NCBI GenBank assembly: GCA_029268555.1
Contig: JAQWNN010000041.1
Location: 56 to 64,055 of the forward strand
Direction of reading: 5' to 3'
Source of the DNA: Flavobacteriaceae bacterium
Lineage (GTDB): Bacteria; Bacteroidota; Bacteroidia; Flavobacteriales; Flavobacteriaceae
DNA length: 64,000 nucleotides
The notes below the pieces were generated by a model that ran no database searches, had not been told where the DNA came from, and saw nothing but the letters and a program-made list of their open reading frames with translations. How positions within the stretch are numbered: the stretch's first letter is position 1; each line of letters opens with the position of its first letter. Position numbers and translations under genes: made by a program. Shown piece by piece: positions 29,100 through 37,033 of the stretch.

Positions 29100-29547
29100 T
29101 TTTATCTCCCATAACTTCTTCGGCCAAGGCTCCAAAATCAAGAGCCGCCTCATCAATCGCACTTTCGTAAAGCGATTTATCCCAAATTTCAAGAATATTT
29201 ACAGTAGAAGAAACTACTACTTCTTTACTTATATGGGCATAGTTTACTAGATCTTTTGGAATCAAAAGTCGTCCAGATGTATCGATCTCAACTGTTTTAA
29301 CACCTGCTGTAAAACGGCGGATAAAATCATTATTCTTTTTATTGAAACGATTCAAGCCATTAACCTTCTCCATTAACTTTTTCCACTCTTTGACAGGATA
29401 CAATTCAAGACATGCATTAAAAACAGCACGCTTAAGAACAAAGCCATTTGTTAAAGTAGATGCTAATTGTTTTTTTATTGCAATTGGTATCATAATTCGA
29501 CCCTTGGCATCCGCTTTACACTCATATGTACCTACTAAGTGTTGCAC
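29080..29547 (-). CDS. mraZ: Transcriptional regulator MraZ
   Basis: 155 aa with the two diagnostic DxxGR motifs (DAKGRIMIP and DTSGRLLIP). It is the first gene of the dcw cluster. The start codon is GTG (29545-29547 complement), with TAA in frame just upstream. Confidence 0.93.
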   Translation of the reverse strand: MQHLVGTYECKADAKGRIMIPIAIKKQLASTLTNGFVLKRAVFNACLELYPVKEWKKLMEKVNGLNRFNKKNNDFIRRFTAGVKTVEIDTSGRLLIPKDLVNYAHISKEVVVSSTVNILEIWDKSLYESAIDEAALDFGALAEEVMGDKNDDSIS

Positions 29548-29569
29548 TTTTTATATTAAGATTTGATAT

Positions 29570-29577
29570 CAAATATA
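29570..29577 (-). promoter_or_regulatory. Candidate Bacteroidota -7 promoter element (TATATTTG = TAnnTTTG) for the mraZ/dcw operon
   Basis: The minus strand reads TATATTTG, 22 nt upstream of the mraZ GTG. This matches the Bacteroidota SigA -7 consensus TAnnTTTG. No clear -33 TTTG is present, because the MraZ boxes occupy that position. Confidence 0.45.
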
Positions 29578-29587
29578 ATTTATATTT

Positions 29588-29612
29588 CCCACTTTTTCCC
29601 ACTTTTTACCAC
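29588..29612 (-). promoter_or_regulatory. MraZ operator: three direct AAAGTGG/GTGG(G/T) repeats at 10-bp phasing
   Basis: The minus strand reads GTGGTAAAAAGTGGGAAAAAGTGGG. This matches the three TGGGN repeats with 5-nt spacers described for E. coli Pmra and the AAAGTG(T/G) repeats in Mollicutes. Confidence 0.8.
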
Positions 29613-29726
29613 TTTGTTAATAAGTTTTTCTTCCTGACTTTTTTTAACTTTTAGTCACAAACAAATAAAACAACCTAACTAAATGTGAAATGTCTATCTT
29701 TATCAATTAATTTTTGGTAAATAAAG

Positions 29727-30488
29727 ATGAATCAAATTGTTCAAGAAGCAGAGTTTCGATATATCGAAGCTGGTCAAGGACAGCCCATCATAATATTACA
29801 CGGCCTAATGGGTGGCTTAAGCAACTTTGAAGGAGTAATGGGTTACTTTCCATCAAAAGGGTATCGTGTTATTGTTCCTGAGTTACCAGTTTATTCCCTT
29901 CCGGTTATAAATACTTCTGTAACTTCTTTATCAGAATTCTTGAATGATTTTTTAGTTCATAAAAAACTTAAAGATGTAATCCTTTTAGGAAATTCCCTTG
30001 GAGGACATGTTGGTTTACTTTATACAAAAAATCATCCAGAGTATGTGAAAGGCCTAATACTTACAGGCAGCTCAGGCCTATATGAAAACAATATGGGAGA
30101 TGGATATCCAAAACGAGGTGATTATGAATATATCAAAAAGAAAAGTCAGGATGTTTTCTACGATCCAAAAATCGCTACAAAAAAAATTGTAGATGAAGTA
30201 TTTGAGTCAGTAAATGATAGAAATAAACTCGTTAGAACTCTTGCGCTAGCTAAAAGTGCAATACGACATAATATGGCTAAAGAATTACCAAAAATGAAGA
30301 CTCCAACTGCTATTATTTGGGGATCTGAAGATTCTGTAACACCTCCAAGCGTTGCAGATGAATTCAACGAATTACTTCCAGATTCTAACTTATATTGGAT
30401 AAAAAGCTGTGGACACGCACCTATGATGGAACACCCTAATCAATTCAATCAAATTTTAGAGGAGTGGTTTGATCTCAGAAAGTTTTAG
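29727..30488 (+). CDS. Alpha/beta-fold hydrolase
   Basis: 253 aa. It has HGLMGG (oxyanion region), nucleophile elbow GNSLGG and a C-terminal CGHAPMMEHP histidine motif. Confidence 0.85.
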   Translation: MNQIVQEAEFRYIEAGQGQPIIILHGLMGGLSNFEGVMGYFPSKGYRVIVPELPVYSLPVINTSVTSLSEFLNDFLVHKKLKDVILLGNSLGGHVGLLYTKNHPEYVKGLILTGSSGLYENNMGDGYPKRGDYEYIKKKSQDVFYDPKIATKKIVDEVFESVNDRNKLVRTLALAKSAIRHNMAKELPKMKTPTAIIWGSEDSVTPPSVADEFNELLPDSNLYWIKSCGHAPMMEHPNQFNQILEEWFDLRKF

Positions 30489-30494
30489 ATCCTC

Positions 30495-31103
30495 ATGCAA
30501 GTTAAATCTTCAAGTTTTGTAATCAGTAATACAGAAGTTGTCAAATGCCCGAAAAGCAATCTTGCTGAGTATGCATTTATTGGACGTTCTAACGTAGGAA
30601 AATCTTCCCTCATTAATGCATTATGCAATAAAAAAAACTTGGCAAAAACTTCTTCACGCCCTGGAAAAACACAATTAATAAATCATTTCTTGATCAACAA
30701 AAATTGGCATCTTGTTGATTTGCCTGGTTTTGGTTACGCAAGAGTATCCAAGACTCAAAAAAATATTTTTCAAAAGTTTATCACCAATTACTTTAAAGAG
30801 CGCACACAACTTGTAACTGCTTTCTTGTTGATAGATATCCGACACGAACCCCAGCCTATTGACCTAAATTTTATGCGATGGCTTGGAGAAAACTCCATTC
30901 CTTTTTCGATCGTTTTCACTAAGGCCGACAAGCTAAAACCCATGGCTATTGAGAGAAATGTTTCTGGGTATTCTAAAAAATTACTTGAAACTTGGGAAAC
31001 ACTTCCTCATCATTTCATCACATCCTCTGCAAACAGGTCTGGTATTGAAGATATTTTAGCCTATATCGGTTCCCTAAATCAAAACTTAAAGGTAAGACTA
31101 TAA
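30495..31103 (+). CDS. engB: Ribosome biogenesis GTP-binding protein YihA/YsxC
   Basis: G1 motif GRSNVGKSSLINAL, G3 motif DLPGFGYA and G4 motif TKADK. Confidence 0.9.
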   Translation: MQVKSSSFVISNTEVVKCPKSNLAEYAFIGRSNVGKSSLINALCNKKNLAKTSSRPGKTQLINHFLINKNWHLVDLPGFGYARVSKTQKNIFQKFITNYFKERTQLVTAFLLIDIRHEPQPIDLNFMRWLGENSIPFSIVFTKADKLKPMAIERNVSGYSKKLLETWETLPHHFITSSANRSGIEDILAYIGSLNQNLKVRL

Positions 31104-31104
31104 T

Positions 31105-31443
31105 CTACTCTTTTTTTAATTCTAATTTCTCGGCAAAAAAATCACAAAAATCCTTCATGGTTGCAGTCATTTTTTCATCCTGAGTAGCTCGGAAATAGGT
31201 ATCACTAAGTGACATTAAGGTTTGATGAAAGAAAAGCTGCATTTGATCCATAGGCATATCTTTTACCCATAAATCTATTTTTAAGGTTTCTTTCTTTTCA
31301 GCATCCCAAAATGAGAGTAGCATGGCCTTGGTATCCATTTCTGAAACTCCTCCGTCTGGCGCCGTCCAATGCATTTGTTCAGGAATATTATTCTCATCGA
31401 GATTCACATCTATTGTAATCTTAGTCTTCTTTACAATGGTCAT
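31105..31443 (-). CDS. gldC: Gliding motility protein GldC
   Basis: 112 aa. DVNLDENNIPEQMHWTAPDGGV...LSFWD matches the GldC family pattern. Its start overlaps the stop of the upstream gldB by 1 nt, as in the F. johnsoniae gldBC operon. Confidence 0.8.
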   Translation of the reverse strand: MTIVKKTKITIDVNLDENNIPEQMHWTAPDGGVSEMDTKAMLLSFWDAEKKETLKIDLWVKDMPMDQMQLFFHQTLMSLSDTYFRATQDEKMTATMKDFCDFFAEKLELKKE

Positions 31444-32435
31444 TATCGTTTTGGTTTATATTTTGATAAATTAAATAGCTTTTGAGCTGGCATCCTTAAA
31501 AGTTCTTGGATTGAAGTTTCAGATTTTTGATCCATAAAGCTTTTGACGATTTGCCATCCTATCCATCTACCTACCCTTCCTGGAGACTCATTGTCCAACT
31601 CCAAATAAAATTTAGAAAAAGGTGCTGGCTCTAATAATCGCTGAACCAAATCAGGGTCTGTTTTGTACAAGATTTGACGCTCAATAAAATACCTCCATAT
31701 GTATAACTCATTTTCTTTTACCCAAGCCAATTCTTCCTTGGTATATGCTATTTTTATTGTATCTACTTCATCAGGTAAGAGCAAATCTTGTAAATACATT
31801 TTTTTACCTTCATAAAGCATTTGAGCAAGGAAAGTTCTGTCTTCTGCTGGAGGAATAATATAGCTAGCAAATTTTTCTACAATTTGACTTAAAATATATT
31901 TTTGGTCCAACTCTTTTCGAATGTAATTAGGTATCCCCTCATATAGAGGATGATTTGCGCCTAAAAATGTATCTAAAGAAAGTAAGAGTAAGCTGTCAGA
32001 ATAGACAGTTTTGATTTGATAATCAACGTTATTGGTTAATGTTATGACATGAGGAACTTTAACTTTGGGAAAATAAAAAAGAACGTACTTAAAAAGATGA
32101 TTTATTTTGTATTCTAAGGGTGCTATATCTTGAAATACTTCTTGAACTGCCTCCATAAGAATCAACTGTAAAGGGTCTTTCTGTCTTAATATCCATAAAC
32201 TATCAGAAAATTGATTTGGAAATAAATACGGATAATCTCTTTTCAGTTTCCATATGACAGTTTCCTCTTGATTATAAAATTTTAAATCGAATCTATCCAA
32301 TTCAATTTTAACAGGAAGCTTTGTAATTTTGGCTTCATTTTTAATTTCTGACTGACATGTAACTAAAAATAGAAAAATGGCAACAAAAGGCAGGCTTTGT
32401 TGAAAATAATTAAAAAATAATTGGAGTCTTTTCAT
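31443..32435 (-). CDS. gldB: Gliding motility lipoprotein GldB
   Basis: The likely start is MKRLQLFF...VAIFLFLVTCQSE (lipobox-like). The listed ORF extension to 32513 would overlap nadE. Size, lipoprotein signal and the gldB-gldC pairing support the call. Confidence 0.75.
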   Translation of the reverse strand: MKRLQLFFNYFQQSLPFVAIFLFLVTCQSEIKNEAKITKLPVKIELDRFDLKFYNQEETVIWKLKRDYPYLFPNQFSDSLWILRQKDPLQLILMEAVQEVFQDIAPLEYKINHLFKYVLFYFPKVKVPHVITLTNNVDYQIKTVYSDSLLLLSLDTFLGANHPLYEGIPNYIRKELDQKYILSQIVEKFASYIIPPAEDRTFLAQMLYEGKKMYLQDLLLPDEVDTIKIAYTKEELAWVKENELYIWRYFIERQILYKTDPDLVQRLLEPAPFSKFYLELDNESPGRVGRWIGWQIVKSFMDQKSETSIQELLRMPAQKLFNLSKYKPKR

Positions 32436-32503
32436 TTGTTTTTCTTCAATACTTTCAAATACTTTAATTTTAACCAAATTTAATAGCTTAAAACGACTTA
32501 AGA

Positions 32504-33295
32504 ATGGAATCACTGGAAAAAGTAGAAGATTACATCATCCAATGGCTTAACGACTACGCAGATAAATCTAATATGAAAGGTTTTGTTGTAGGTATTTCTG
32601 GCGGAATCGATTCTGCCCTCACCTCAACCCTTTGTGCTATGACAGGAAAAGCTTTGCTCTGCTTGGAGATGCCTATTAAACAAGTCGAAGACCAATTGAT
32701 TCGTTCTTCAAAGCATATCAAGTGGTTGGAGGCAAAATATAGAAATGTCCGTTCCATTCGGCTTAATCTTGACTCTGTCTTTGATTCCTTCTGTAGTGTA
32801 CTTCCTGAATCAAAATACCTAGATGCCCACGAACTGAGTCTTGCTAATACTCGTGCTAGACTTCGGATGAGTAGCTTATATTATTTTGCAGCTCTAAACA
32901 AGTATTTAGTCACAGGTACAGGGAATAAAGTTGAAGACTTTGGTGTGGGCTTTTATACTAAATATGGTGATGGTGGTGTGGACTTAAGTCCTATCGCAGA
33001 CCTTTCAAAAACAAAAGTTTTTGAGCTTGCCAATCATTTAAATATAATTGATGATATTCAAAAAGCTCAACCAACAGACGGGCTGTGGGGTGACCAACGA
33101 ACAGATGAAGACCAGCTAGGAGCAACTTATCCAGAACTGGAATGGGCAATGGATGCACATGAGAAAAATTTATCTTCTTCAGAATTTAATACCCGTCAAA
33201 AAGAAGTTTTTGAAATATTCAAAGGCCATTTTAATCAAAACCAACACAAGATGCACCCTATACCCGTTTGTAAAATTCCTGAAAAGCTTATTTGA
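32504..33295 (+). CDS. nadE: NH3-dependent NAD+ synthetase
   Basis: PP-loop GISGGIDSAL, plus ...NKVEDFGVGFYTKYGDGG.D..PI.DL.K..V. Confidence 0.92.
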   Translation: MESLEKVEDYIIQWLNDYADKSNMKGFVVGISGGIDSALTSTLCAMTGKALLCLEMPIKQVEDQLIRSSKHIKWLEAKYRNVRSIRLNLDSVFDSFCSVLPESKYLDAHELSLANTRARLRMSSLYYFAALNKYLVTGTGNKVEDFGVGFYTKYGDGGVDLSPIADLSKTKVFELANHLNIIDDIQKAQPTDGLWGDQRTDEDQLGATYPELEWAMDAHEKNLSSSEFNTRQKEVFEIFKGHFNQNQHKMHPIPVCKIPEKLI

Positions 33296-33340
33296 AATAT
33301 ACTTATATTGTAAATGGTGTAACCAAAATCCTATCATACT

Positions 33341-33970
33341 ATGATTAAAATTGCACTTTTAGACCCGCACCCAGTAGTCCATAAAGGATTTAAGGCCTTC
33401 TTTAGGAAAAACGATAATATCTGCGTAGTTAATACTTTTTCAAAAACTAAAGATCTGTATCAATTTTTAAATAAAATTTCTATTGATGCCTTAGTCATAG
33501 AAATGGAACTGGCTCATGATAGTGTGTTTAAAGTGATTGAAACCGTTAAAGCAAAGCATCCTGATACCTCCATTGTTATTTATACCTCCTTGCCTCAAAC
33601 TATTTATAGTATTTCCTTGTTAAAAGCAGGAGCAGCAGGATATCTTTCCAAAGAGGTAAACAGAAAAGTCATTGTTGAAGCAATCGAGAGAGTAGTTGAA
33701 AACGGGTATTACATCACCTCAAATTTCGCAAATGAGATCAATGACAATATATATCATAAAAAATCCAGAAACATCTATGAGTCACTATCACCCAGAGAAG
33801 TTGAAGTTCTTAAGCTCCTAATTAAAGGAAAACGTAATATCGAAATATCGAACTCCCTAAAAATAAATCAAAAAACCGTTAATACATATAAAACAAGATT
33901 AATGCGGAAATTGGAAGTAGAAAACCCTGTGGATCTATATCAGCAGACTAGAAATTATAATTTAGCTTAA
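33341..33970 (+). CDS. NarL/FixJ (LuxR)-family response regulator with an atypical receiver (Glu at the phospho-acceptor position)
   Basis: The receiver fold is retained (LLDPHP...IDALVIEMEL...VIYTS...AGAAGYLSKE). The C-terminal LuxR helix-turn-helix reads LSPREVEVLKLLIKGKRNIEISNSLKINQKTVNTYKTRLMRKL. No histidine kinase gene is adjacent. Confidence 0.85.
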   Translation: MIKIALLDPHPVVHKGFKAFFRKNDNICVVNTFSKTKDLYQFLNKISIDALVIEMELAHDSVFKVIETVKAKHPDTSIVIYTSLPQTIYSISLLKAGAAGYLSKEVNRKVIVEAIERVVENGYYITSNFANEINDNIYHKKSRNIYESLSPREVEVLKLLIKGKRNIEISNSLKINQKTVNTYKTRLMRKLEVENPVDLYQQTRNYNLA

Positions 33971-35931
33971 AGTACTCGGTTTAATTTTTTTGATAATAAT
34001 TTTTTCAAATTCTGATACTGAATAACATCTTCTAAAAACTCTGAAGTTTTATTTGCCTCCCTTTTAGTTTTCGATTCCTCAGAAAGGCTGCGAATTTTTT
34101 CGTCAATCAAATACCTTCTAAAGGTTAGAATAGTTTCACTTACCAATTGGCCTACAACGCTTTCCCGGTCTTTTACAAAAATATTCTTCTTTTCCCAGCT
34201 GTGAAGCTGGTGTAATTCGTCAATCAATAAAATATCCGTAATAATTTTTCCTAATCTAGGCTCTTCTTGTTGTGATAATTTATCAAGTTTTAATTGACCT
34301 TCCAGTTGATAAGTTTGAATTAATTGGTCATAAAGTGAGCGAAATTCTGGTTGGATAAATTCTACCTCATCTTGTTGTAGATCTAAAAAGATTTTTTCAT
34401 AAACTTTACTGTGAATTGTTTTGGATTCTTCTATTAAATTTCCATTTTCATCAGAACTTACAATTAACTCATCAAATGATGCTTCATAATTTCCATATTG
34501 AATTAAAATACTAATAATTTGTTTTTCCAAATATAACAATGGATTCGAAACTAAATCTTTATGATGATTTTTTTGAACAAGAGTTTCCTTTTCTTCAGGT
34601 TTGTTCTCGATCTTTCGAACTAGTTTTTGTTTTTTGTTTTGTTCCTGTGCAAGGGTATTGAAAAGAACTGGCTCAGAAACTTCCATTGCAACTGCACATT
34701 GTTTGATATAAATCTCTTGCTGAATTGGATCTGGTATTTTGGATATACTTTGTATAATTTCACGAACAGTGACAGCTTTTTTGACAGGGTCTTGTTTGGC
34801 TTCTTTAAGGAGTATATGAGTTTTAAACTCAATAAAGTCTTTTGCTTCAGTTTTTAAATAATTATTTATTTCTTCTTGGGAATTAGACTTAGCAAAACTA
34901 TCAGGATCTTCTCCTTCTGGAAAACTACATATTTTAACATTCATTCCCTGTTCTAAAATAAGATCAACACCTCGGATAGCAGCACGAAGTCCGGCCAAAT
35001 CACCATCAAACAAAACCACGATATTGGAAGTTAGTCTACGAATTAATCTGATTTGTTCAGAGGTTAAAGCTGTTCCTGAAGATGAAACTACATTTTTAAT
35101 TCCTTTTTGAAATAGTTGAATAACGTCTGTATATCCCTCTACCAAATAACAAGCATCTTCTTTAGCTATGGCTTTTTTTGATTCATAAATTCCATATAAA
35201 ACCTGACTTTTATGATATACCTCACTCTCGGGAGAGTTTAAATATTTTGCAGTTTTGGCAGTACTTGACAAAATTCGTCCACCAAATCCTTGAACTCTAC
35301 CAGCCATAGTACGTATAGGAAAAATCACCCGCCCTCTAAAACGATCTATCGCACCGCGTTCGTTTTTAATCACCAAACCTGAACTCACTAAATACTCCTC
35401 AGAATAACCAGCCTTGGTTGCCTTTTGATAAAAATTATGTTTCATTTCTCTAGCATAACCCAAACCAAAAAAACGAATTGTTTCGTCTTTAAAACCGCGT
35501 TCCTTAAAATAACTTAGACCAATAGCAATCCCTTCTGAATATTCCCATAAATCTTTTTCAAAAGATTCTTGAGCATATTGATTTACCAGATAAAGACTTT
35601 CTTTAGAATTGGCTTTTTCTTTTTCTTCTTGGCTCTGTTCTGTTTCTTCAATTTCAATATTGTATCGCTTTGCTAAAAATCGAATGGCTTCAGGATAAGA
35701 AAAATGTTCGTGCTCCATTAAAAATGCAACTACATTTCCTCCTTTTCCACTGCTAAAATCTTTCCAAATTTGTTTGACTGGTGATACCATAAAACTCGGG
35801 GTCTTCTCTTGTGAAAAAGGACTTAACCCCTTAAAATTGGAGCCAGACTTTTTTAATGTTATAAAATCCACAATAATCTCCTCAACTCGAGCAGTTTCAT
35901 ATACTTGATCTATTGTGCTTCTTGATATCAA
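33967..35931 (-). CDS. dnaG: DNA primase DnaG (zinc-ribbon ligands substituted)
   Basis: Motif EKTPSFMVSP, RNA polymerase core and Toprim motifs EGYTDV and FDGDLAG. 654 aa. Confidence 0.93.
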   Translation of the reverse strand: MISRSTIDQVYETARVEEIIVDFITLKKSGSNFKGLSPFSQEKTPSFMVSPVKQIWKDFSSGKGGNVVAFLMEHEHFSYPEAIRFLAKRYNIEIEETEQSQEEKEKANSKESLYLVNQYAQESFEKDLWEYSEGIAIGLSYFKERGFKDETIRFFGLGYAREMKHNFYQKATKAGYSEEYLVSSGLVIKNERGAIDRFRGRVIFPIRTMAGRVQGFGGRILSSTAKTAKYLNSPESEVYHKSQVLYGIYESKKAIAKEDACYLVEGYTDVIQLFQKGIKNVVSSSGTALTSEQIRLIRRLTSNIVVLFDGDLAGLRAAIRGVDLILEQGMNVKICSFPEGEDPDSFAKSNSQEEINNYLKTEAKDFIEFKTHILLKEAKQDPVKKAVTVREIIQSISKIPDPIQQEIYIKQCAVAMEVSEPVLFNTLAQEQNKKQKLVRKIENKPEEKETLVQKNHHKDLVSNPLLYLEKQIISILIQYGNYEASFDELIVSSDENGNLIEESKTIHSKVYEKIFLDLQQDEVEFIQPEFRSLYDQLIQTYQLEGQLKLDKLSQQEEPRLGKIITDILLIDELHQLHSWEKKNIFVKDRESVVGQLVSETILTFRRYLIDEKIRSLSEESKTKREANKTSEFLEDVIQYQNLKKLLSKKLNRVL

Positions 35932-35992
35932 AAAGTGATGTTTTTTATAAATTTATATATTTTTGAATAAAATTAATCCTTAATAATCAAAT

Positions 35993-36970
35993 TTAAATCT
36001 TTCGTTCTGTAACATAATTAAGCATTAATTCTAAAGCATCCCGGTATTGATTTTTAGGTAACTTAGTCAACAACTGCAAAGCTTTTATTTTGTATTCCTC
36101 CATTTTTTTAATTGCAAAATCAAGCCCCCCTTTTGCTTTAACAAGACTAATTAAAGCTTTTACCTTAACCTTATTGTTACTATGGTTTTTAACGGTATTC
36201 ATTATGATCCTTTTCTCCTCTTTACTTACATTATTTAGAGTATAAATTAAAGGAAGTGTCATTTTCTTTTCTTTAATATCAATTCCAATTGGTTTCCCAA
36301 TTCTGTGCTTCCCGTAATCAAAGAGATCATCTTTTATTTGAAAAGCCATTCCCAAAAGCTCTCCGAATTGACGCATTTGCTCTACCTCTTTTGGTGAAGC
36401 ATTCACTGACTTTGCGCCAAGAGCACAACATGCGGCTAAAAGTGTTGCAGTTTTTTGACGTATAATTTCGTAATAAATTTCCTCAGTGATATTTAAGTCT
36501 CGAGCTTTTTCAATTTGGAGCAATTCTCCCTGACTCATCTCCCTTACGGCAATCGAAATTATTTTTAGTAAATCAAAATCATCGTTTTCAATCGAAAGTA
36601 ATAAACCTTTTGATAATAAATAATCTCCTACCAAAACAGCAATCTTATTTTTCCACAATGCGTTAATTGAAAAAAATCCTCTTCTTTTATTACTGTCATC
36701 AACTACATCATCGTGAACTAGAGTCGCTGTGTGTATAAGTTCAATTACTGATGCCCCTCTGTAGGTTCGTTCATTAACGTTGCCTTTACCCAAGAGTTTT
36801 GCTACCAAAAAAACAAACATGGGTCTCATTTGCTTTCCTTTTCGATTGACAATAAAATGGGTGATTCTATTTAGTAAAGCTACTTTAGAAGACATGGATT
36901 CTGTGAATTTTTTTTCAAAAAGATCCATCTCATTATAAATCGGTTTCTTGATTTGCTCAACTACTTTCAT
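35993..36970 (-). CDS. Polyprenyl diphosphate synthase (long-chain trans-prenyltransferase, IspB-like)
   Basis: First Asp-rich motif LVHDDVVDD and second Asp-rich motif FQIKDDLFD. 325 aa. Confidence 0.9.
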   Translation of the reverse strand: MKVVEQIKKPIYNEMDLFEKKFTESMSSKVALLNRITHFIVNRKGKQMRPMFVFLVAKLLGKGNVNERTYRGASVIELIHTATLVHDDVVDDSNKRRGFFSINALWKNKIAVLVGDYLLSKGLLLSIENDDFDLLKIISIAVREMSQGELLQIEKARDLNITEEIYYEIIRQKTATLLAACCALGAKSVNASPKEVEQMRQFGELLGMAFQIKDDLFDYGKHRIGKPIGIDIKEKKMTLPLIYTLNNVSKEEKRIIMNTVKNHSNNKVKVKALISLVKAKGGLDFAIKKMEEYKIKALQLLTKLPKNQYRDALELMLNYVTERKI

Positions 36971-37033
36971 AGACTGGTAAAGATACCAATTCTAAAGAGA
37001 CTTATTTAATGAATTGATACTTCGATTTAGGGA

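Noticed and set aside
32436-32513. N-terminal extensions of listed ORFs that create overlaps: gldB to 32513, rsmH to 29192, murG to 20774, adk to 45882, mpl to 44275, the SprT-like gene to 57264, and the OmpA-like gene to 5307.
   Set aside because: Conserved N-termini or signal peptides begin at internal start codons. The extensions overlap neighbouring genes and add non-conserved residues.
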